Assembly: GCA_050613775.1 (NCBI GenBank)
Contig: JBODTK010000014.1
Coordinates: 1,116,001 to 1,180,000 of the forward strand
Reading direction: 5' to 3'
Length of the DNA: 64,000 bases
Source: Neocallimastix sp. 'constans'
Taxonomy: Eukaryota
Made by a program: the position numbers and the translations under genes. Numbering within the stretch: position 1 is the stretch's first letter; every line of letters begins with the position of its first letter. Shown here in pieces: positions 1-14,069 of this stretch. The notes under the pieces are model-generated. The model saw only the letters and a list, made by a program, of their open reading frames with translations. It searched no databases and was not told where the DNA came from.

Positions 1-3000
1 TAGACTCAATAACAATCAAATAACTAATATTACTGAAGAAAATCCAAACCCAAAAGGATTCTCCTTTAATTATTCAGAAAATTTTAATCATGTTACTGAA
101 CTGACTACGGAAAATTTCTTAAATTGGAAAACCAATATCCTCTACCTTTTAAGCATTAATAATTTAGACAGCTACATTGGGGATCAAAAGGTCAAGAAAT
201 TAAGAAAAAAGGATATAAGAGGAAATTTAAACGATTATATTGCGGATAAATTTTATACATCTCTTGTATATGAACTCGGAACGTCGGAAGAAGACATCAA
301 AAATGATATACTTGTCAAGTGGATAATCACAAACAGTCTCGGTGAAAATACTAAAAGGATCTTGACTAGTCATAATAAAACTACCTACGAAATTTGGAAA
401 CTACTTAATAACTCGTTCGCAATGGGAGAAGAACATCAAAAGATGATATTAAAGGATAAACTCAATAAGTTAAAATACAACATGGAAGATGACATACACA
501 TATTTCTATCAAAATTTCAAAACTTAATTGATGACCTTGAGAGAATAGACAGTGACCTTAGCGATAATGTAAAGGTTGGGATGTTAAATCGATCTTTACC
601 AGAAAACATTCGCTGGGTAAATGTCTTTCAATTCAATAATAGCTGGAAGGGTTGCTGCAGTTATCTAGAGAGAATTATTCCAGACATAATATTTTCAAAA
701 ATTAGAGAAAATACTATAACCGAGAATCAACAAAGTATCTTTAATGTTACAACACACAACAAGAATAACAATGACCAAATTAAAAAGAATAACAAAAGAA
801 AAAGAAAAAATGGTAAATGCTACTTGTGCGGAAAATATGGTCATTATAAAAAGGAATGCTGGAGAAATAAAAAGAGTAACAACAAAAAGAAGAATAGATA
901 TAACAATAAAAGTAGAAAATTAAACCGCAAAAGAAATTATAAGTCTAGCAAGAAAAATACTGATAAAAATAACAATTATAATATTAATAATATAAATAAT
1001 TATAACAGCGACATTCAGGAAGATTTTTCAACTGACTATAATACTGAAAAGTGTTTTGAAATTAATTCCGCAATAATCAATAATAACAATCAATCTGACA
1101 TAATCAACAATAATAATATCACATGCTGGATACTTGATTCTGGAGCTTCCATCAGCATAACAAATAATTTAAATCAATTAACAAATATAAGAAAATGCAA
1201 AATAAATATATCTTTACCAAATGGCAAAGAAATAATCGCAAGTCACTTAGGCAATTTTGAAGGATATATAAATAATCATAAATTTGTTTTAAAGAATGTA
1301 TATTATTCAAACCAAATATATAAAAACATAATATCAATTAATCAATTAATGTTACAAAATTATAAAGTCGTTTTCAATAATTTTAACAATTTACTAAGAG
1401 CTACAATTTACGAGAATAATGGTAATAGAGTATGTGACATTCTTTCAAATCTTAATAATACTTTTAAAATTTATTTTTCAAAGTTTCCAATAATATTCGA
1501 TAAAAAATATTCATATATCACAAACGAAATTAATTACACACACTTAAACAAAAGTCAAATTATGGACCTCTGGCATCGCCGCCTTGGTCATTTCAACATT
1601 TCCTTAGTCAAAGATAAGTTAAATAAAATAATTCCACCAGAAAAATGCCAAATATGTATTAACTCAAAACTCAAAAATAAACCATATAAAAACGTTAAAA
1701 ACAAAACTTTTCACATTTTTGAGTTAATCAATATGGACTTGGTAGGACCAGTTACAACTTTTCCTTAAATGGTTATAAATATTTTCTAACAATCCTGGAT
1801 GATTTTTCACGTTTTGGATGGATAATCTTCATTACAAATAAATATGAAACTTTTGAAAAATTTACTCTCTGGTATAACAGAATATCAAATATTTTTAATA
1901 CTAAAATAAAATATATTCGAACTGACAATGGTAAGGAATTTAAGAACAAAAGTTTTGAACAATTCTGCCAAACTAACAATATTATTCAACAATTTACAGT
2001 CCCATATAATCCAGCACAAAACGGACAATCTGAACGCTTTAACGGAACATTAATCTACTACGCCAAATCACTCCTAAACGAATCAAAATTAAGCCATAAC
2101 TTTTGGGAGTTTGCGGTAGATACTGCAAATTTTATTCATAACCGTTTACCTCATCAGGGAATTAACAATAAAATTCCCTATGAAATCTTTTACAATAAAC
2201 CAGTTAATTATAACAATTTTCGAGTTTTGGATGTCGTGTTTATTTTTTCATCCCTAAAGAATTTCGCTCAAAATTTGACAATAATTCTCATCCTGGTATC
2301 TTTCTAAGATATAGCGAAAATACAAAGGCGTATAAAATTTTAGATATTATAAATAATAAAATTATTCTTTCCAGAACTGTTGAGTTCCTAGAAAATCAAC
2401 CTGGCAATACTTATTTCCATCACACCAATAACGAATTCAGAGAGGCTGATTATACAAATAACAATTTTATTAAAAATTTAAAACACCTTGAAGACAATTA
2501 TTCAAAATATAACAATTACAGCAATGATAATTATAAAAAACATAATAATAATTACAGCAATGAAAAGAATACTCAAAGCAACAATAAAGACAATAACAAT
2601 AACAATAACAATGAAAATTATACTATTCAAAATAATAACAATAATAAAGAAAATAATTTCATGGAAAATAAAAAAGTCAATGATAATAAAGTTGATTCTA
2701 CAATAAATAAAAACAACACAATCAATAATAATTATAATGGAAACAACAAAAATTACAACAAAAATAATAATGAAAGAGAAATTAATAATAATGGTAAAAT
2801 TAATAACAATTTAATTGAAAATTATTCAGAAACCAACACATCACAATTTACTATAAATAACACTAATAACAAACATTTTTTAAGTCATCAATTAAATAAA
2901 AACCTTTCATTACACAGCACATCTAAAAGAAAGTCAATGTTTAACAATAACAAATTAAATAAAAGTTTTAAGTCTAACAAAAACAATAAAGTTAATAATC

Positions 3001-4612
3001 CCTTAACAGATTAGTTTAAAGAACCAATAAATTATAATGACATATTCAAATTAAAGGATAAAATAGAATGGATAAAAGCAATCCGAGAAGAACTAACAAA
3101 TATGGAGAAACTTAAAGTGTTCGATATCATAAGAAAAATTCTCCCAAACACCAATGTAATATCTTCAAGATGGGTATTTAAACTAAAAAGGAATTCCGAA
3201 GGAGATATCATCAAGAGGAAAGCCAGATTGGTGGCGAAAGGTTATAATCAAAAATACGGAATTGATTATAAAGAAACCTTTGCCCCAACACTAAAACAGG
3301 ACACACTTAGAATATTTACCGTAATAGCTGTTATAAATAATTTTAAAATAAAACAAATAGATGTAAATTCGGCATACTTAAATGCCCCAATAGAAGAAGA
3401 TATATACATGATAGCACCTGAAGGACACTATTCTCATGGAAAATATTTTTGGAAACTCAAGAAGGCACTTTATGGATTGAAACAGGCCGGAAAACAATGG
3501 AACAACAAATTAAATGAAGAGTTACTTAAAATGAACTTTAGGAGAATTAAAAGTGAACCATGTCTGTATGTAAAATTTGATAATGATAAAAACATAATTT
3601 GTATATTATCAGTCTACGTAGACGACATTCTGATTGCAGGAAAGGAAAATGAAATAAATAACGTCAAAAAATCAATTAAAGAGAAATTTAACATCAAAGA
3701 TATTGGAGATGTCGAATTCGTTATTGGAATCAAATTTGAAAAGGTCCAAAATGGTTATATTCTTCATCAATCAAGGTATGTGAAAGATATTTTAAATAAA
3801 TATAAAATAAACAAATTAACCCCGCTTAGAAACTTTATTCCAAAAGAAAATGAAAATCTAAGAAAGACAAAATTTAATGAAACAACATATAGGAGTGCTA
3901 TTGGAAATCTACTATATTTAGCCATATGCACTCGACCAGATATTTTGTTTGGAGTCACTCGAGCAGCGAGAAAGGCACGTCAACCAACATTAGAAGATTG
4001 GGAAAACGTGCTCAAAATTTTCAAATATTTAAGAGGATCGATAAATTACGGAATCAAGGTAGAAAAGAATATGAACCTCAAAATATTTGTCGATGCAGAT
4101 TATGCTGGCGATCCAGGATCTAGGAAATCCACATCCGGTTTTCTTATGATGATGGGACGTACTCCAACTAACTGGTTTTCTAAACTACAGCATTGTGTTT
4201 CAACGTCCACTGCTGATGCTGAATACTACAGCTTAAGCGAATGCGCAAAACATGCGTTATGGTATAAAAATCTTTTAAGCGAGTTAAATATAAATATTAA
4301 GGATATTACAATTTTTGTAGACAACAAAGCTACCATTTATAACAGTGAAAATGCATCGATAAATCCAAAATCAAAGCATATCGATATTCGTTATCACCAC
4401 ATCTGAGACTTAGTCAGCAAGAAAATAATCAAATTAAAATATATTAAATCAAAAGATAATATAGCTGATGGCTTTACGAAATACTTGAATAGTACATTAA
4501 TGAATAATTTTAGAAACTCCTTACTCACTAAAACATAAATTACTTAATAGAAAATCTACTTCTTTTTTCTCTTTAATGAAGAGTTTTTTTAGAAGCTAGA
4601 TTCTAGGGAGAA
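1..4612 (+). mobile_element. Ty1/Copia retrotransposon A (5' end lies before the window), internal domain up to the PPT
   Basis: Domain order is gag-PR-IN-RT-RH. PPT AGGGAGAA at 4605-4612 is followed by TGTTAAAA, so the 3' LTR starts at 4613. The LTR end was not resolved. Confidence 0.93.
2..4538 (+). pseudogene. gag-pol: Copia gag-pol, frameshifted and with premature stops
   Basis: Zn knuckle CYLCGKYGHYKKEC; protease WILDSGAS; LWHRRLGH; integrase MDLVGP and RTDNGKEF; RT KARLVAKG, LYGLKQA, YVDD; RNase H DADYAG and KHIDIRYH. Frame breaks near 1765 and 2228, stop at 4404. Confidence 0.92.
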
Positions 4613-4849
4613 TGTTAAAAATATAAACATTTATCATTTAAGTTTTTAATATATCATTAACCAATAGGTTATCATAAATAAATTAAATATACTTAAATAA
4701 AAAATAAAAAAAAAATAAATAAAAGTAATAAAATAAAAAATATAAAAAAATAAATAATAAAGTAAAATAAAAAATAAAAAAATAAATAAAGTAAAATATA
4801 AAATATAAAAAAAAAATATGATGCATCTTTATCAATAGTAAAACATAAA

Positions 4850-5985
4850 ATGAAAAATGAAATTAGAAAAACCTCAATCCCATTTGATATAAATCCAAAA
4901 CATATATATAATGAAATATCTGAAGAAATTGGATTGATATGCCCTGAATATAATTCAATTAAATACCAAATATCAAGATATATAAAAAAACAACTACCTC
5001 CTGATATATCAAAATTTAATGAAATTCCAGATAAATCTAAATATTATATAAACGAAAGAGATTAAAATTTTATGATATACAAAAATTCTAATATTATAAT
5101 TTTTCAATCATCATTCCCCATTTCAAACAGAATTGTTTATTAAATACAACGAAAATATGTTTGCTGATGGTACATTTTATATTGCACCAATATTTGGTTA
5201 TCAAGTTTGCTCCAGAAATAAATAGTTTTTACACTACATCACTATCTATATTAAATAATAAAGAACAAGTAACCTATGAATTGTTATTTGAAGAATTAAA
5301 AAAGAATGAAAGTAAATATAATAATAATATTATAGTTACACCAAAAGTTTTGCGTTGTGATTTTGAAAAAGGTATATCCAATGTTTCCATTAAAATACTT
5401 CTTAATATTACTATTAAATATTGTGTATGGCATTATAAAAAATCGTTAGAAGTTCAAAAAAATAAATTATATTATAATGAAGTTGAAAATAATCATAAGA
5501 TTTATTTGTTATATAAAACTATTACAAATTTTCCTTTTATAAATCCTGAATATATATTTGATATTTATAATTATATGTCAAATATATAATTATTTCCATT
5601 TTTTAAATTTTTTGGAATATTTTAATAAGACTTATTTATATAAATATGGTATTCAATATTGGAATTATTATAACGATATAAACCACATAACAAATAATGC
5701 TTCAGAATCTTTTAACAATTACTTAAAAAAATTGTTTTACAAAAAACCTTCTTTATATGAATTGATTTATCATTTAAAAAGAGAAGAATCTTTATCTTAC
5801 AATAATTACAAAAGGAAAATTGAAGGAGTTTGGAAAAAAAAAGAATATTAACATAAACTGATGAAATCAATGATTTCATTAAAAAATACAAAAAAAAGGA
5901 ATCCGAATTGATTGATAAAAAATGTGATAAAAATGATATCATTGATTTATGGTATAAATGTTTAATAGAATTAAACACACTCTAA
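4850..5985 (+). pseudogene. MULE (Mutator-like) DDE transposase remnant
   Basis: Motifs across several frames: FADGTF (~5160), CDFEKGI, CVWHY (CxxH), YWNYY, TNNASESFNN. No terminal inverted repeats resolved. Confidence 0.82.
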
Positions 5986-6034
5986 ATTTATAAATAATAA
6001 TTAACTAGAATATATATAGTTTAAATTATATTTA

Positions 6035-6120
6035 TATCAATATCAATATATTTTATTAATATCAATATCAAAATATTTTATTAATATCAATATCAAAATA
6101 TTTTATTAATATCAATAATA
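6035..6120. repeat. ~25-bp tandem repeat, about 3 copies
   Basis: Unit ATATCAATATCAAAATATTTTATTA. Confidence 0.7.
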
Positions 6121-6452
6121 ATATAATATTATAATAAATTTTATTCTATTATTTAATTAATTTAATAATAAAATATATAATTTTATTTATTTTATTTAAA
6201 TAAAATAAAATGAAAAGGTTTTATTATTAAAATATTTAATAATAAAATATAATAATAAAATAAAATTAAAAAAAAATAAAAATAAAATAAAATTCTTAAC
6301 AGAAAACTTATTTATTCTTTTATTTATTCTTTTTTTTTTGTTTTTATTTTATTTTTTTAATGCTAAAATACAATAAATAAAAATATATGCTGAAAATAGT
6401 GGCGTATTACATATATTTTACATATAATTGTACAAAAATTTATGATGATTAT

Positions 6453-6713
6453 TGTTAAATATTAGCAATGTTATATGAACATTATGCATAACATATCTAA
6501 TATGCCACACAAGCCTCATTAATTATAACCTTATTATGTATATAGTTATTTTATAGTTTAATTAAAATTAAATTATTTTTTTTTGTTGATTTTTATAATA
6601 AAAAGATATATGTATTTTCTAAATAAATAAATAAAATAAAATATATAATAAATATATATTAAAACACTGGGTGTAATACTTGTTCGTGCTCTCTGAATCC
6701 ACAACCTTGAACA
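6453..6713 (+). repeat. 5' LTR of Copia B
   Basis: TGTTAAAT...CCTTGAACA, direct repeat of 11291-11551. Confidence 0.96.
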
Positions 6714-6727
6714 GATTAAGAGTTTCA
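6714..6727 (+). promoter_or_regulatory. Primer-binding site complementary to the tRNA-Lys(CUU) anticodon arm
   Basis: GATTAAGAGTTTCA lies immediately after the LTR; 13/14 match to the reverse complement of TGAGACTCTTAATC. Confidence 0.75.
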
Positions 6728-6840
6728 TTCGACTCTAAGAGACAACTCGAATATATAAATCCTTAAGGAGATATTAAATTTATTTATTTTAAAATAAACT
6801 ATAATTTTATTAAAACTTGTTAAAACATTTAATTCTTAAG

Positions 6841-9800
6841 ATGGGAGGAAAATCTAAAAAAGGTTTCATAAAGGAAGATAGTTCCCAATTATCACAGAAT
6901 ACTGAAGATGAAATAAATGAAACAAATTAAGATTACGAAGAAAGTACATCTTCTACCCCTAAGGTCAGTACAGTGCTAAATAATAATACCAGTAACACTG
7001 TAATAATTGATATGACCAAGAAATCCGTGTTTAACTATACAAATTTTGGGCTCACTACTGAAAATTTTCCAAGGTGGTTTAAAGCTTTAAAAAGACATTT
7101 AACAGCTTTAAAGTTAAACCAATATATTAATGTCAAAATTGATCCTAATTATATGGAAGAAATCCAAAATGAAGAAGACAATGCAACTCAATCCATTATT
7201 GAAAACAGTTTGGACGACCCAACAAGTAAATTTATCATTGACTGTCAAACAGCTTGTGAAATGATAGAAGAACTGAAAAATAGATTTGACCAGTCAGGCC
7301 CATCAAAATTATATAAAATCGAATATAAAATTAAAACATTAAAAATAGAAAATAATGATTATAAATTATATTTGAATAATTTAAATACACTCTTCGAATC
7401 ACACAAAAGGGAAGCTAATAAACTGGGCAAGTCAACGTTAGATGAAGAAACCAAAATATTATTCGCCGCTGATGAACTTGTCAAAATTGGAATCCATCCA
7501 ATAAATTTAATCCAATTTAAAACCTTTAGTGACTTGAAGAATTCAATTATTACCATGGAAGTATTTATTAAAAAATGTAAAGAAATCAAAAGAATTGAAG
7601 AAAATCCAAATCTAAAGAACCAGGTGAATGCCGTCAGTAAAACAAATATAAATAAACCAAATAATAAAAATTATGAAATTAAAAATAAAGAAAATTATTT
7701 CTATATATGTCAAAAAGATGGACATACTACCGACACATGTTTCTTTAATGTTAAAAGAAAGAATAAAAATAGAAACAATCCAAGAAAAAATGATATCAGA
7801 AAGCAAAAAGGTAGGAAGAATACAAAATTTCATAGCAATAACATTAAAAATGAATCAGATTCAACTGATAATGAAGATAGTGAAGAAGAAAATATAAACA
7901 TCGGATTCTCCGGTAATATTATGGTAAATAATATTACACAATCTACCAAAGAAAATGACAAAACTGAATGGATAATTGATTCAGGATGTCCTATAAATTT
8001 AACAAATGAAGTTAGGAAATTAAAAAACACTAAAAATATAAAAAATAAATCAATCACATATCCTAATGATAAATCCGAAAAAATTAAAAAAGTTGGAAAA
8101 TATACTGGAACCTTTGACAACAACTCTTTAGAACTATCAAATGTATATTATGCTGACAATATTAAAAATAATTTGTTATCTACCCATTGTTTGGTTCTAA
8201 AAGGTTACACTCTCATAATGGATTATGACGTTATCAAAAATAAAGATCGTCTACAAATTTATAAAAACAATAAACTGATTTCAACGCTACATGCAAATGA
8301 TGACTTCCTATTTACACTAAATACACATAATATAAATAATTATAATTTAATTAACAACACAAATGTAATAAATTTTGATTACGACTTATGGCATGCTAGA
8401 TTAGGACACTTTAATAATAAAATATTCAAGACTTTGTTTTAAAACATACAAATTTGCATAATAAAAAGAATTGTTCTCAATGCCATATTAGTAAAATGAA
8501 GAAAAAACCTTTCTACTCATCTTTAAATAAATCAACACATCCATTACAACTTATTCATTCAGATGTTGTTGGAAAATTTATCACATCATACAACGGTTAC
8601 AATTATTATGTCACATTCTTAGATGACTTCTCAAGAAAATGCAGGATTTATTTATTAAAGAATAAATCCGATGTATGTAACGCGTTTATTCACTTCCATA
8701 AGCTAATGAAAAATACCACTAGTTATAACATAGTTACTCTCAAAACCGATAATGGAAGAGAATACGATAACGCTAATTTAATAAAATATCTTGCGGATAA
8801 TGGTATTGAATTTATTCATTCTTTACCTAATTGCCCTCAGCAAAATGGTCGTGCAGAACGTCTTAACCAAATCTTAGATAATTGTGTTAAAACACTCTTA
8901 TCTTCTGCGAAACTACCTATTAACTTTTGGGATTCAGCAATTTTATGTGCTTGTCGTCTCTATAATCTTAATCCTCATCAAGGCAATAACTCTCTTATTC
9001 CTGATGAAGTTTTCTTCAACAAGCCTGTTGATATAACCCATTTAAAAGTTTTTGGTTGCAGAGTTTATTTTTATAATAATCATAAGAAAAATAAATTAGA
9101 TAATAATACTAAACCAGGTATCTTTCTTGGTTATGCTTCTGACTCTACAGGTTATAAAATCCTTGATATAACTACTAATTCTATTATATCTGCAAGATAT
9201 GTATATTTTATGGAAATATTCCTGGATCTATTGAAACTACTTTCTTATCAAATGATTCCGTTGATTCTCTTTTTAATTTTGATAATTCACAAATTCAGGG
9301 GGAACATTCAGATAATAATTCACAATTTATGAATAATCAAAATTTAAACAATAACTTAAACAATAATAATTCAAATAATAATAATTTTGAAACTACTGAC
9401 AATAATAACAACAATACCGATACCACAGACAATAATAAAAATAATATTACAAATAAACAAAATACTATTGAAAATAATGAAAATAATAACAAAAATAATA
9501 ATAATATTAACACCGATGATAATAATCAAATTAAATTAAATAGTAATGACAATAGTGAAACAAATTCTAATAACAATAAAAGAAAATTTATTAATGAAAA
9601 CAATAATGATAACAAAAATAATAATGATGATGTTATTAAATAAAATAATTTAAATCCAAAAAGGAATAACAAAATTTTAAATATTAAACTTAATAATCCA
9701 TCAAATTATGAGGAAGCAATTAACTCTAAAGAATCAAAACAATGGAAACAAGCTATCAACAAAGAGCTTAATAACATGTATAATCAAAGAGTTATGGAAA

Positions 9801-11193
9801 TAATTAATAATGTTCCTCGCAATGCAACATTAATTGATGGAAGATGGATATTTACAACAAAAGATGATGGAACGAAAAAGACAAGATGGGTAGCTAAAGG
9901 TTTTAAACAAAGAGAAGGCATAGATTATAATAACACATACTCTCCAACGGTACAAGCTGATAGTCTTAGAATAACAATTGCAATAGCTGCCAGATATGAT
10001 TGGAAATTGAAACAATTAGATATAAAAGCAGCTTACCTGAATGCTAAATTAAAAGAAAAAATCTACATGAAAATTCCAAAAAGAGATAAAAATTATGACA
10101 AAGGTAAGTATTGGTTACTAAAGAAAACTCTATATGGCTTAAAACAAGCTGGTAGAGAGTGGAATAATGAAATATCCAAATTCGTAATAAGTATTGGACT
10201 TAAACAAATTAATACTGATAAGTGTATATTTACTAAATATAAAAATAATAAATTATCATTAGTATTAAGTCTATATGTTGATGATATTTTACTTACAGGA
10301 ACTGAAGAAGAAATAAAATATGTATCAAACAATCTTCAAAATAAATATCAAATTTCAAAATATACAAATGCTGATAAAATAATTGGAATAAACATTTTCA
10401 AGACAGATCAAGGATACAAAATTAATCAAATAGATTACATAGAAAAATTAATTGAAAAATATAATATGAAGAAAACAAAACCAATCAAATATCCTAGTAG
10501 AAAAATTACTAAAGAAGAAAGAGAAAATTCTCCAGAAATTGACAAAACAATCTATAAATCAATCATAGGAGAATTATTATTTATATCTACTAAAACAAGA
10601 CTAGATATAGCTTTTGCTGTTAATCAAGCAGCAAGACATTCAGAATATCCAAAAGAAGTAGATTTAAAATTAGCTCATATGATTTTACAATATTTAAATT
10701 CAACAAAAGAAAAATCAATTCATTATAAAGGAGACAAAAATATAACTGTTTATTGTGATGCAGATTTTGCTGAAGATGAAGAAACAAGAAAATCAACAAC
10801 AGGATATATATTTCTTAATGGAGATATATTTCTTGGAAATCACAATTACAAAAATGTGTAACTTTATCAACAGCGGAAGCGCAATTTGTCAGCCTAACTG
10901 AATGTAATAAGCATGGTATGTGGTTACAAAAATTATTGGGTGAAATATTTAATAACAACTTTACTCTAAAAATAAATATTGATAACAAATCATGCAAATT
11001 CATTGCAGAAGATGAAAATTCTAATGCAAGATGTAAACATATGGATATAAAATATAAATATGTTAATGAAAAAATAAATAAAGGAAAAGTATCATTAAAA
11101 TATGTTGATACAGAAAATATGGTTGTAGACTCATTAACTAAAAATATTTCAGGTCCAAAAATGAAAATTTTCACTGATTTAATTTTTGATTAA
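6841..11193 (+). pseudogene. gag-pol: Copia B gag-pol, disrupted
   Basis: ATG at 6841 with an in-frame stop at ~6928. WIIDSGC, LWHARLGH, HSDVVG, KTDNGREY, QNGRAER, RWVAKGF, LYVDD, CDADFA, KHMDIKY. Several frameshifts. Confidence 0.93.
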
Positions 11194-11290
11194 AATAACA
11201 AAAAAAAAATTATTAATACAAATTTAATATAGAAAATAAAAAAAAAAAATTTTATTTTTTTTAAATATGTAATGCAAAATGTAGGGGGAA

Positions 11291-11551
11291 TGTTAAATAT
11301 TAGCAATGTTATATGAACATTATGCATAACATATCTAATATGCCACACAAGCCTCATTAATTATAACCTTATTTTGTATATAGTTATTTTATAGTTTAAT
11401 TAAAATTAAATTATTTTTTTTTGTTGATTTTTATAATAAAAAGATATATGTATTTTCTAAATAAATAAATAAAATAAAATATATAATAAATATATATTAA
11501 AACACTGGGTGTAATACTTGTTCGTGTTCTCTGAATCCACAACCTTGAACA
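11291..11551 (+). repeat. 3' LTR of Copia B
   Basis: Preceded by PPT AGGGGGAA and followed by TSD ATTAT. Confidence 0.96.
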
Positions 11552-11589
11552 ATTATAAATAAATTATGTCGAAATGCTTCACATTCATG

Positions 11590-12102
11590 TAAACATAAAA
11601 TTTATAACATAAATTTTATGTTATGTAAATATGTAAATAATTTATAAATTAATTAAGTTTTATTTTATTTAATTTTAATTATTTTATTTTATTATATCTT
11701 TATTATATTTTTATATTTTTATATTTTATAAATATTTTATTATTTATATTATACTTTTTATAATATTTAACTAAATATTTATTTCTTATTATTTTTAAAT
11801 AGTTTATAATTAAAGAAAATTATATAAAGAATACATTTTTTTATATTAATTCTTTGCAATTCAAGTAGTTAAAATTATAATAATAAAATTGTCAAATTAA
11901 ATATATTTTTATTAATAAAATTAGTTTAGTAATATTCAATATGAATTTATAAAAATTAGTAGTTAAATAAATTTAAATTATAAAATAAATATATAAATAT
12001 TTAATAAATAAATAAATAAAATTATATTATATTAATAAATTTCATAAATAAATTATATAACTTCTCCCAGTAAGAGATACTGAACCAAGGTGTACTTTAT
12101 CA
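11590..12102 (-). repeat. Dispersed repeat, inverted homolog of 49011-49565
   Basis: Reverse complement of 12061-12102 (TGATAAAGTACACCTTGGTTCA..TCTCTTACTGGGAGAAG) matches 49011-49050, and similarity continues to ~49565. Confidence 0.8.
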
Positions 12103-12499
12103 AATGGTGGAGATATCGGTTCTCTTTGGAGGGGAAGAAGTTATAATTATTTTACAATAATTATTAAAAAAAATAAAAATAAAAATAAAAATAAAAATAT
12201 ATAATTTCTAATTTTCTTAAAAATATTTCAAAAATTTAAAAATTAATTTTAAAAATTAATTTTATTAACAAATTTTTTTTATTAAATTGGTATTTTATAT
12301 ATAAATATATCTTAATATATATTTATATAATTTTATAACAAAATTGATTAAATAGTATTATATATAAATATATTGCAATATATATTTATATAATTTTATT
12401 AAAAGAGTTGATTATATCTTATTATATATATAAATATATTTTAATATATATTTATATTTAATTAATAAATAATAATAAAAAAAAGTTTATTATTATTAT

Positions 12500-12748
12500 T
12501 GTGGCGTTACTAATAGAAATATACTTTTCTTATTAGTAACTAATTAACAAGGTATCTCAGCATAGACAAGCCGTGTTGATTCTCACTAGGGTATATTAAG
12601 CAGTAATAACAAGATCCCGAAGCACGTGACGAAACATAGATCGTTTGAATAAGGTGACGGAACCGTTATTATTGTGCGAAAGACCCTAATCAATACGTCT
12701 ATTATAGTTACTTTGGTCAGAATTGGTGCTAATAATAACAAACTCACA
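12500..12748 (+). other. GC-enriched island predicted to fold into a long irregular hairpin; bounded by TGTG..CACA
   Basis: Nested complementary segments (see findings); 9-bp flanking inverted repeat ATTATTGTG/CACAATAAT. Confidence 0.5.
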
Positions 12749-14018
12749 ATAATTATCAGTAAATATATTATAATATATATATTGAATGTGTTAAAATAAA
12801 AGTATAAAAAGAAGAATAAATTTCTTTCTTTTTAATACTTGAAACAAATAATTTTAATTTTAAATTTAAATAAAGAATATTTTAAAATTTAATTTTTTTC
12901 TTGTTTCCAAATTTATTTTTTAGAGTTATGTGTTAATATTTATATTTTTGTTTTGAATATCTTAGTGTTTCAACCCCAGCCTGTATCATTTAGGATTCGT
13001 TACAGTAATATAATGGAATCGGATCGATAATTCAAAAAGGAATTATAAATTGTTTGGTGATTTATTAACTTAAGATTCCTATTTAGTAATGTTTGAAGAA
13101 TATTGGAAAGTTCCAATTATATAGAATAGAATAATCTATAAGGTTAGAATAATTTATATTATTCTAGCACAATTAGTATTATTTGTTCATTCTTGTATGA
13201 AATTAGACTTATTGTTATAAGTCTATATTTCTTAATCCTTAATAATTATAAAATAATTATTAAGTTTACTTAATTTTATAAATAATTAATTATTAATAAT
13301 GTAGCAAATTTTTTTAAATTATGTATTAAATTTTACTGTATTTTGTATTTATTTTGTATGTATTTCTATATTCATTTCTGTATTTATTTCTGTATTTTTC
13401 TTAATTTTATTTTATTCGTAAGTTAATTCGGTTAAATTATTAAAGTGTGAATTAATTTAACCGTTTAACTTACGTAATTTAGAACATCGGTTATTAAGGT
13501 TTTTCCATAAAAATGGTTTTACTTAATAATACGATAACCAATAAGTATAGATTATTGGTTGAAATCTTTCCAGGTTTTTCTACTAATCTTTTCCTGGAAA
13601 GTATTTTTTTAAGATTAGAAATTTCTTTATTTCTTTATTTTAAAGTATAAAAAGGACTCTTGAGTTTCCTTTCGAAAATCAAGAGTTATTATTATAAGAA
13701 ATTGTAATAATAATAATAAATATTTATAATTTTTTTTAATAAAATATTTAAATCTTAAATAAAAAAAATTTATAATAATTTTTAAAATAAAATTTATAAT
13801 AAAAATATAAAATTTTTAATAATAAAACATATTAATAAATTATCATAAAACATATTTTTTTTATTTTTCCTTTCACACTTAGTGTTCTGAGTTTATTATA
13901 GTTTCTTATAATAAACTCTCTCTTAAGATAAGTATTTAAATTATTATTTTATTTTGTTTTAATTAATATTAATATTAATAGAGATAATAATTTCTATATT
14001 TTTGTAGAAATTATTACA

Positions 14019-14030
14019 ATAATAACTCTT
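14019..14030 (+). promoter_or_regulatory. Self-priming PBS candidate
   Basis: ATAATAACTCTT is the exact reverse complement of AAGAGTTATTAT (13681-13692), which lies 35 nt downstream of TATAAAAA (13646). Confidence 0.7.
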
Positions 14031-14069
14031 CATAAGTATAGTAATTAATAAAATAATTTAGTTAATATT

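Larger units (their letters stand above)
6453..11551 (+). mobile_element. Full-length Ty1/Copia retrotransposon B
   Basis: 261-bp TG..CA LTRs at 6453-6713 and 11291-11551 (2 mismatches seen). TSD ATTAT at 6448-6452 and 11552-11556. PBS at 6714, PPT at 11283-11290. Confidence 0.97.
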
